Source: Clostridia bacterium
Lineage (GTDB): Bacteria; Bacillota; Clostridia; Oscillospirales; CAG-272
NCBI GenBank assembly: GCA_017428635.1
Contig: JAFRQK010000046.1
Coordinates: 4,874 to 68,873, forward strand
Direction: 5' to 3'
DNA: 64,000 nt
This document shows, piece by piece, positions 55,092-61,935 of the stretch. The translations under genes and the position numbers were made by a program. The notes under the pieces were generated by a model. The model had not been told where the DNA came from, did no database searches, and worked only from the letters and a program-made list of their open reading frames with translations. Every line of letters starts with the position of its first letter. Position 1 is the stretch's first letter.

Positions 55092-55215
55092 AGGACTTGA
55101 AGGGCGCGCGTGTCAGAAAACAGTCCGGGGGACTGTTTTCCCGCGCGCTGACCGAGGGAGCGTCATTTTTCGTATTTTGCGAAAAATGACTTCGCGCGAC
55201 CGAGAATCAAGTCCT
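55092..55215 (+). repeat. 124-bp three-helix repeat, copy A
   Basis: Termini AGGACTTGA...TCAAGTCCT are inverted, and there are two long internal hairpins. Homologous to 59093-59215. Confidence 0.7.
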
Positions 55216-55441
55216 CTGCCCGCTCCGCGGGCAGCCCTGCTCAACTTGCACTAACCTTCATTTTGACCATTAGAAACGCTCTCCGTTTCTCAACGTTTGA
55301 GTTCCGCTTTTGTTCCACGGTTGAATTTTCAACCCGCATTAGAATTCATCTCAAAAGCAAAGTTATTGCAATACAAAAACAAATCGGTATAATTGAATCA
55401 GGATCAGGCGCCGATCCAATAATAACTGAGAGGTAAAACAA

Positions 55442-56242
55442 ATGAATTTGGGTGAAAAGATCAAATCTCTGCGTAAAAAGCGCGGAGTGTCGCAGGAGTA
55501 TCTCGCCGAAAGGCTCGGGATCTCTTTTCAGGCGGTGAGCAAATGGGAGACAGGAACTACCCTTCCCGACGTCGCCCTGATTCCGGCTATCGCCTCCTTC
55601 TTCGGCGTCAGTACGGACGAGCTTTTCGATTTCGACGTTTACGGGATAGGCAAGAAAGTCGAGGCAGTCGTTGACGAATGGAAGAGATATCTCGATTCGG
55701 ACCCGGATAAAGCCGAAGAAATAATCAGGGATGCACTGAAAACGTATCCCGGGAACGAGGTGCTTCTCAACTGCCTTCTCTCTTCCCTGCCGCTCCCTGA
55801 AAGAGCCGAGGATGCGATCGAGATAGGTCGTCAACTCGCAGCGAATGCGGAAGACGACGCCGTGAGGATCGACGCGTACTGTTTAACAGCGGAAGCGTAT
55901 AGAGCGATCGGAGAAAAAACAATGTGCAGAGAGTACGTTGACAAGATACCTGAAACGTATAATTCATGTCTCTACGTAAAGGCGCTTCTGCTCGACGGCG
56001 AAGACAGTTTTGAGGCGGCGGTTAAGGAAAAATGTCTGTGCTACGAACATTTGGTGCGGATGCTCACTATCCTTGCGGATCGGTACGTCGAAAAAGGCGA
56101 AAAAGATAACGCGATCAAGTCGCTTGAAACGATCAAAAAACTCGCGGAGGCGTTCCGCGACGACCCCGCGACCGACTACACGACTTCGTGTTACGATCCC
56201 GAACTATCCGAGGCCGCTGAGCAAAAACTAAGAAGTCTTTGA
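55442..56242 (+). CDS. XRE-family HTH regulator with TPR-like C-terminal domain
   Basis: MNLGEKIKSLRKKRGVSQEYLAERLGISFQAVSKWETG, followed by a helical repeat region; 266 aa. Confidence 0.8.
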   Translation: MNLGEKIKSLRKKRGVSQEYLAERLGISFQAVSKWETGTTLPDVALIPAIASFFGVSTDELFDFDVYGIGKKVEAVVDEWKRYLDSDPDKAEEIIRDALKTYPGNEVLLNCLLSSLPLPERAEDAIEIGRQLAANAEDDAVRIDAYCLTAEAYRAIGEKTMCREYVDKIPETYNSCLYVKALLLDGEDSFEAAVKEKCLCYEHLVRMLTILADRYVEKGEKDNAIKSLETIKKLAEAFRDDPATDYTTSCYDPELSEAAEQKLRSL

Positions 56243-56407
56243 ACATAATACGCCGCCGGGTCATCCGACGGCGTATTTTTGTTTTCTCTTCACGCCACGC
56301 GTACAGACATTCTCGACATACTCCCCCCATCTTGACTTTTCAAGAAACGTATGTTATATTCAAAGTAAAGTATTCCCTATTTTTTTATCAAAGAAAGGTA
56401 CTCCGCC

Positions 56408-57520
56408 ATGAAAAAAAGATGGATAGGTTATCTCCTCGTTTTGTCTTTTGCGATCACGCTTTTTGCCGGATGCGCATCGGGCAGACCCGCATTCACTCCC
56501 CTTGATGACACAAAGGCAAATACTCCGGCGGATACGGAGGCCGGAAAAGTTGACGACAAGCAGGAAGATATCTTTAAGACACCGATAATCAACATCACTC
56601 CCTCGGAGACAAGCCAAATTAAATACGAAGAGTACGATAACGGTCTGGTCAGCTTTGACATCCCCGAGGGTTGGGAAGTAGACGTTCCCTCCTTCGGATA
56701 TGCGAGTTATTCGTTCAAGGTTTATGATCCGGACGACGAGGACTATATGTTCTTCTTCTGCCTGAAGGTGACAGGATTCCTGAAATCGGAGGATGCGCGC
56801 GCCGCGTTCGCGTCAATGTATCCGGACGCTGCTTTCGGAAAGCTGGCAGCCATTGACCCGCAGACGACGGAAGCGTTTTATAAAGTATGGACCCAAAACG
56901 CAAAACTTTCCAACGACGAGTCTGTCGGATATGACTACTTCCCGTATCTTGACAATTTCACCGTTGTTGAAAACCTCGGTCAGTTCCCTCTCGGCGGCGA
57001 CATACTGAGAGCCACCTTTACGAACGCGAGCGGAGATCTCATGCAGGGTTTGTTTACCGCATCGATCTACGACGCAGGATCGTACTATATGTACGGTTAT
57101 GATTTCGCTCCGCTGAGTTCATACCACAACGTTATGATGACCGCTCCGGACGACGACTTCAACAACTGGCAGCCGATCATGGATCACTGCCTGGGTACCG
57201 TACAGTTCAGCGAAGAATTCATGAACGGTTTTCGCAGAGAAGAAGAAATAATGGTCTCGACCGTTCAGGCAAATGCGAAGATCTACGACGAGATCTCCGA
57301 TATGATAATGGATTCGTGGGAGATGAGAAACAATTCCTACGATATAATCAGTCAGAAGCAGAGCGACGCGACGCTCGGCTATGAAAGAGTGTACGACACC
57401 GAAACGGGAGACGTCTACAGAGCGTATAACGGCTTTACCGACGATTATTCGGGAGACAGATATCAAAGCATTACGGACGATATGTACACCGAAGTCATAA
57501 GCGGATATATTGAAAGGTAA
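56408..57520 (+). CDS. Lipoprotein of unknown function
   Basis: Signal peptide with lipobox LFAGC (MKKRWIGYLLVLSFAITLFAGCASG); 370 aa. Confidence 0.75.
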   Translation: MKKRWIGYLLVLSFAITLFAGCASGRPAFTPLDDTKANTPADTEAGKVDDKQEDIFKTPIINITPSETSQIKYEEYDNGLVSFDIPEGWEVDVPSFGYASYSFKVYDPDDEDYMFFFCLKVTGFLKSEDARAAFASMYPDAAFGKLAAIDPQTTEAFYKVWTQNAKLSNDESVGYDYFPYLDNFTVVENLGQFPLGGDILRATFTNASGDLMQGLFTASIYDAGSYYMYGYDFAPLSSYHNVMMTAPDDDFNNWQPIMDHCLGTVQFSEEFMNGFRREEEIMVSTVQANAKIYDEISDMIMDSWEMRNNSYDIISQKQSDATLGYERVYDTETGDVYRAYNGFTDDYSGDRYQSITDDMYTEVISGYIER

Positions 57521-57675
57521 AGGATCCCTACAGAGAAACATCAAACCGCCTCCGTTCCGTTAAAGGTCCGGGGGCGGTCTTTTCATAAGAACCTGACGGT
57601 GTTCCGCTTGACAAACAACGCCAGTTTTTATATGATTAAATAGACCCCCATTCACTCTGACCCGAGGGAGAAAAA

Positions 57676-58884
57676 ATGAGATTCGACACTCTTGATAAAA
57701 AACCGAAAGTTTGGAATATCGCCGTGCTGACCGCGGTCGTCGCGGCCGCTGTCGCCGCTTTGGTCTTTCTCGGCGGGGACAAGTACGCGCTCGCGGCGTG
57801 CGCCGTCGTTACGGTTTATCTTGCCGCCGTCATTTTCCTCTTGATCAGAGCGTTTTTAAGACAGTTGAGGTATAACCTATACTCGTATAATACGATTTTT
57901 TATATCGGGTTCGCGATCTTTACGTATTCGATCCTCATCACGCACGTTATTCTTCTTGTGAAAATTATCAGGACGCCGGGGACGTACGGCGTCGAGCAGA
58001 TCGCATACGCCCTGCTCAATTCGGCGAGGGATTATATCCTTTACACTTTCCCCGTCGTTCTGATCTTTTCCGTCGGTCTGTGCGTCTCTAACGTATCGCT
58101 CATCAGACACGAGGGTTTCCGTCCCGTAAACCTGCTCGGGATCCTGCTTTCGTTCCTGCTCGTCGGTGGAGCGGTCTTTCTGTTCTTCTTCGATTACGCG
58201 GTATCCGGAAGCGTCGACGAGGTCAGGCTGCACGATCTTATCGGCTCTTTGATTCGAACGATATATCTGTACGTTGAGTGTATGCTGATCGGTACCGTCG
58301 TCGCCAATGCGATCGCCGCGCGCGCGGAACCCGCTCCTGACCGCGATTATCTCATCATTCTGGGCTGCGCGATCAGAAAGGACGGTACGCCTACGCCGCT
58401 GCTTGCGGGAAGGATCGACAGAGCGATAAAATTTTACGAAAAGCAGAAGAGCGAAACCGGGAAAGAACTCTTATTCGTCACGTCCGGAGGCAAGGGCTCC
58501 GACGAGACGTTATCCGAGAGCGCGGTCATGAAGAGATATCTCATCGAACACGGAATACCGGAGGACCGGATAGTCGAAGAGAACAAGTCGGTCGATACTT
58601 ACCAAAATATGAAGTTCTCGAAAGAGAAGATCGACGCGATAGATCCGAGCGGCAAGATCGCCTTTTCAACGACGAACTTTCACGTTTTCAGAAGCGGCAT
58701 ATTCGCGCGGCGTTTCAAGATGCGCGCAATAGGGATCGGCGCAAAAACGAAATGGTACTTCTGGCCCAACGCGTCGGTCAGGGAATTCGTCTGCCTGCTT
58801 ACGAAGCACAAATTGAAACAGGCGATAATTTTTACCGTTATGATCGCAGTCTTTACGGGACTGGTGCTGTTCGTATACAGATAA
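57676..58884 (+). CDS. YdcF/DUF218-family membrane protein
   Basis: N-terminal multi-TM region, then LIILGCAIRKDGTPTPLLAGRIDRAIKFY...TSGGKG...SESAVMKRYL, typical of DUF218. Confidence 0.8.
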   Translation: MRFDTLDKKPKVWNIAVLTAVVAAAVAALVFLGGDKYALAACAVVTVYLAAVIFLLIRAFLRQLRYNLYSYNTIFYIGFAIFTYSILITHVILLVKIIRTPGTYGVEQIAYALLNSARDYILYTFPVVLIFSVGLCVSNVSLIRHEGFRPVNLLGILLSFLLVGGAVFLFFFDYAVSGSVDEVRLHDLIGSLIRTIYLYVECMLIGTVVANAIAARAEPAPDRDYLIILGCAIRKDGTPTPLLAGRIDRAIKFYEKQKSETGKELLFVTSGGKGSDETLSESAVMKRYLIEHGIPEDRIVEENKSVDTYQNMKFSKEKIDAIDPSGKIAFSTTNFHVFRSGIFARRFKMRAIGIGAKTKWYFWPNASVREFVCLLTKHKLKQAIIFTVMIAVFTGLVLFVYR

Positions 58885-58973
58885 AGAATGCCGCCGGGGT
58901 GATCCGGCGGCTTTTTCAAACCGACAGTTCAATTGACAACACACGTTTTAAGTGTTAAAATTATACCGTTCGC

Positions 58974-59053
58974 GCGCCCGTGGCGGAACTGGCAGACGCG
59001 CCGGATTTAGGATCCGGTCCGAAAGGGTGCAGGTTCAAGTCCTGTCGGGCGCA
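58974..59053 (+). tRNA. tRNA-Leu (anticodon TAG), no encoded CCA
   Basis: Acceptor GCGCCCG/CGGGCGC, anticodon arm CCGGA-TTTAGGA-TCCGG, long variable arm, T-arm CAGGTTCAAGTCCTG. Confidence 0.85.
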
Positions 59054-59253
59054 AAAAAGGGGCTTCGGTCCCTTTTTTCGTCCATTGAAAACAGGACTTG
59101 AAGGCCACGCGTGTAAGAAAACAATCCGGGGGATTGTTTTCCCGCGGGGTGACCGAATGAGCGTCAATTTTCGTATTATGCGAAAATTGACCCGCGCGAA
59201 TGAGAATCAAGTCCTGTCGGGCGCAAAAAAGGGGCTTCGGTCCCTTTTTTCGT
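59035..59253 (+). repeat. 47-bp perfect direct repeat (59035-59081 and 59207-59253) bracketing a 125-bp insert
   Basis: Both copies read TCAAGTCCTGTCGGGCGCAAAAAAGGGGCTTCGGTCCCTTTTTTCGT, which is the tRNA-Leu 3' end plus its UUCG-loop terminator. Confidence 0.85.
59093..59215 (+). repeat. 124-bp three-helix repeat, copy B
   Basis: Aligns with 55092-55215. Differences inside both hairpins are compensatory. Confidence 0.7.
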
Positions 59254-59323
59254 TGGACTTTTTCTTCGTTCTGTGTTATACTTTTCAAGGCGGAAAAACT
59301 CTGACAGAAAGGATGATAACACT

Positions 59324-60193
59324 ATGAAAAAAGGAATCGCCGCATTAGTCGGCGCGGCTGTCGCCGCCTCCGCTTTGTTCACGGCATGCAGGTTCAACGT
59401 ATCGCCGGGAGATTACTTTTTCGACAACGACGAAGAATACACCGAATTCACGGGGCAGACCGTCGAACTCGACGAAAAGAACGTCACGAGCCTCGACCTC
59501 GACTGGGTAGCCGGTGAGATCGAGATCAGGGAAGGCGAAAAGCTCACCGTCGCGGAGGAAAACCTCAAAGGGACGTACTGCCCGCTTTACTTCGCCGTCA
59601 AGGACGGCGCCCTCTGCGTGAAGTTCTGCAAATCCGGGACGCTCGGCAGCGTGATCGGAAACTGTTCCAAAAAAGTCACCGTCACACTTCCCGAAGGAAT
59701 GAAAGAAATAAAAGTCAATTCCGTATCGGCGAAAATCGGGACGGATTATCAAAAGAAGCTCGAGTCCGTTACCGTCAATACCGTCAGCGGGGATTGCGCC
59801 GTGGCTTTTGATGCGCTCGAAAGTATCAAAACGGACGCGGTTTCCGCGAACGTCGATATCTCAGTGAACGGCGCCTCCTCGGTCGTCTGCAACTCCGTCA
59901 GCGGAAACGCGCAGATACTCGGCAGCGCGGGTGAGGTCTCGGCGCACAGCGTTTCCGGCGACTTCAAGATCATCGTCAACAACAAGGAACTGAGATCGGT
60001 CAAGATCGATACGATCTCGGGCGACGCGGAGATCGAACTCGACGGTTCGCGCGACTGCTCGCTTGAATACAACACCGTTTCCGGCAAACTCACGAACGAA
60101 GTCGGCGAGGTAAAGAACGCATCCGGCGACAAGATCGGGATCAAGGTCGATTCAGTGAGCGGAAACCTCAATATCGTTAAGAATCAGGACTGA
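59324..60193 (+). CDS. DUF4097-like repeat lipoprotein
   Basis: I use the ATG at 59324 (MKKGIAALVGAAVAASALFTAC lipobox). Repeated xVSG(D/N)xxI strands (TVSGDCAV, SVSGNAQI, SVSGDFKI, TISGDAEI, SVSGNLNI). Confidence 0.75.
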   Translation: MKKGIAALVGAAVAASALFTACRFNVSPGDYFFDNDEEYTEFTGQTVELDEKNVTSLDLDWVAGEIEIREGEKLTVAEENLKGTYCPLYFAVKDGALCVKFCKSGTLGSVIGNCSKKVTVTLPEGMKEIKVNSVSAKIGTDYQKKLESVTVNTVSGDCAVAFDALESIKTDAVSANVDISVNGASSVVCNSVSGNAQILGSAGEVSAHSVSGDFKIIVNNKELRSVKIDTISGDAEIELDGSRDCSLEYNTVSGKLTNEVGEVKNASGDKIGIKVDSVSGNLNIVKNQD

Positions 60194-60266
60194 CTTCTCA
60201 CTTGACAAAAAGAGCGTTTTAAGATAAAATATATCGGCGCGGGAATGCACTCCGCGCCGATGATTT

Positions 60267-60339
60267 CCGGGTGTAGCTCAGTTGGCAGAGCGCGTGGTTT
60301 GGGACCACGAGGCCGCTGGTTCGAGACCAGTCACTCGGA
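60267..60339 (+). tRNA. tRNA-Pro (anticodon TGG)
   Basis: Acceptor CCGGGTG/CACTCGG (one G-U pair), anticodon arm CGTGG-TTTGGGA-CCACG, T-arm GCTGGTTCGAGACCAGT. Confidence 0.9.
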
Positions 60340-60429
60340 CGGCGAAAACCCTGTTACGCAAGTGGCAGGGATTTTCGATTTACCGGACGCGCTCCGTTTC
60401 GGCAAACGTTAAAGAAAGGCAGGAAAAGT

Positions 60430-61797
60430 ATGGCAAAAAAAATCACGGCGTACTCTCTTCTCTTTTCCGCTTTTATGATTATACAGCTCGTTTTCCTCCG
60501 GCTCGGAAACAAAGCGGGGCTCGGTCTTCTTCCCGATGCGATCGCGGAAAACGTATATTACGCGATCCAGATCTTCGTTATCCTGGGTTTCGCCGTCTTT
60601 GCGCTTGTGAAAAGACTGTCCGCCGACGTCTGCGTGCGCATCGTTTCGCTCTGCTCGGTGATCGTTCTCGCATACTGCGCCCTGATGATGATCTTCGTCC
60701 CTTCCGATTCTTTCATGTCGCTGTTTATGACCGCGACGGGTTCCGTTCATCTCGGATTCGTCGGCGGGTTCGTATACCTGAAAATGGCTCAGGCGGCGCA
60801 TGGCGGCGTAAAAGTCGCGATCTGTCTTTCCTTCGGCTGTTCCGTCGCGATCCTGCTTCAGTACGTGCTTCAACTAAAATGGACCGTAACCCCGCTTCTC
60901 GCCATTCTGACAGTTGCGTCGGCAGTCTGCCTCGCACTTTACGCATTCGGAAAAAGCGCGCCGGAAGAGGATTCTGCCCGGGGCGCAGGAGGCCGAATAC
61001 ACGTCAAGACGATCGTACTTACCTCTCTTGTCGCGGCGGCGCTTCTGCTCTTCCCCTCGTTCTTCAACGGATATATCCATCATCTTCAGATAGCGTCCGG
61101 TTATACCGAATTCAACGTGTATACGTGGCCCCGTCTGATGATGATACCCGCTTATCTGCTTTTCGGGTTTTTAGGAACGGTAAAACGCGGAAAGTTTCTC
61201 CCCGTCGCCGCTCTGTGCGCGGCGATCGTCGCGCTTCTCAATTCGGTCCTGGGATGGAGCGGCGTCGGATACCTCGTCAATATGTGCCTTTTCTACGTTT
61301 CGATCGCCGCGTCGGTCGCGTACTACGATCTCTCATTCTGGAAGATCGCGATGCGTACGAGGCATCCCGAAATTTGGGCGTCGTTCGGACGGATCCTTGA
61401 TTCCGCGTGCGTCCTGATAGCGGGCGTCGTGCATATATCCGCGCTCCCGGCCGCCGCGGTCGTGTCCGTCGATATCGCCCTGCTCGCGTTGACTATTGTC
61501 CTTATGGCTCTGAACGGAGATTTCAATTTTCCGGCACCCGATCCCGCGCCGCGGGAAGAATCCGCCTCCGATCCGTTCGACGTCATCGGCGCACGGTACG
61601 GTTTTACGCAAAGTGAATCGCGCGTTTTCCGCGAACTCGTTCTGACCGAAGACAAGCAAACGGCAATTGCCGAAAATCTATCGATCAAGATCCGCACAGT
61701 CCAGGCGAACGTCACTTCGATCTACCGCAAGACCGGCGCTTCTACCCGATCCGGCCTCGTTCAGATCTACCACGATACCGTCTTTGAGAAAGAATAA
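60430..61797 (+). CDS. Membrane-anchored LuxR-family (GerE HTH) regulator
   Basis: About 10 hydrophobic segments, then C-terminal LTQSESRVFRELVLTEDKQTAIAENLSIKIRTVQANVTSIYRKTG. Confidence 0.8.
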   Translation: MAKKITAYSLLFSAFMIIQLVFLRLGNKAGLGLLPDAIAENVYYAIQIFVILGFAVFALVKRLSADVCVRIVSLCSVIVLAYCALMMIFVPSDSFMSLFMTATGSVHLGFVGGFVYLKMAQAAHGGVKVAICLSFGCSVAILLQYVLQLKWTVTPLLAILTVASAVCLALYAFGKSAPEEDSARGAGGRIHVKTIVLTSLVAAALLLFPSFFNGYIHHLQIASGYTEFNVYTWPRLMMIPAYLLFGFLGTVKRGKFLPVAALCAAIVALLNSVLGWSGVGYLVNMCLFYVSIAASVAYYDLSFWKIAMRTRHPEIWASFGRILDSACVLIAGVVHISALPAAAVVSVDIALLALTIVLMALNGDFNFPAPDPAPREESASDPFDVIGARYGFTQSESRVFRELVLTEDKQTAIAENLSIKIRTVQANVTSIYRKTGASTRSGLVQIYHDTVFEKE

Positions 61798-61935
61798 AAA
61801 CAGCCGATCTTTCCCCGTTTTCAAAAGAAAACGGGGCTTTTTTTTGCATTTTGCGGGAAACCGCAGTAGACAAAACGACTATTATATAGTATATTTAATT
61901 TGAAATATTATATATTTTCACGGGAGGACGACTTT

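Larger units (their letters stand above)
45437..55215. mobile_element. AT-rich genomic island adjacent to tRNA-Leu(CAG), bounded on the right by a large serine recombinase and a 124-bp repeat
   Basis: Abrupt compositional change relative to the flanks. It contains a TnpV-like remnant and a recombinase, and TCAAGTCCT occurs at 45415-45423 (tRNA T-arm) and again at 55207-55215. Confidence 0.6.

Noticed and set aside
45437-55215. Island as a prophage or conjugative element
   Set aside because: No capsid, tail, terminase, portal, relaxase, coupling-protein or T4SS-like genes are visible. Only a recombinase and a TnpV-like remnant are present, so it is better described as a small integrative or mobilisable island.
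55207-55245. Sequence after repeat copy A (TCAAGTCCTCTGCCCGCTCCGCGGGCAG) as a displaced tRNA 3' end (attR)
   Set aside because: Beyond the 9-nt TCAAGTCCT it does not match the 3' end of tRNA-Leu(CAG), which is TTTATCCGCACCA. It also lacks a discriminator A and CCA, and it folds as a simple hairpin (CTGCCCGC-TCC-GCGGGCAG).
55346-55834. 162-aa minus-strand ORF, and likewise 44680..45402, 62743..63741 and 57119..57544
   Set aside because: They are antisense to well-supported genes (HTH-TPR regulator, nrdR, surface protein, lipoprotein) and show no motifs.
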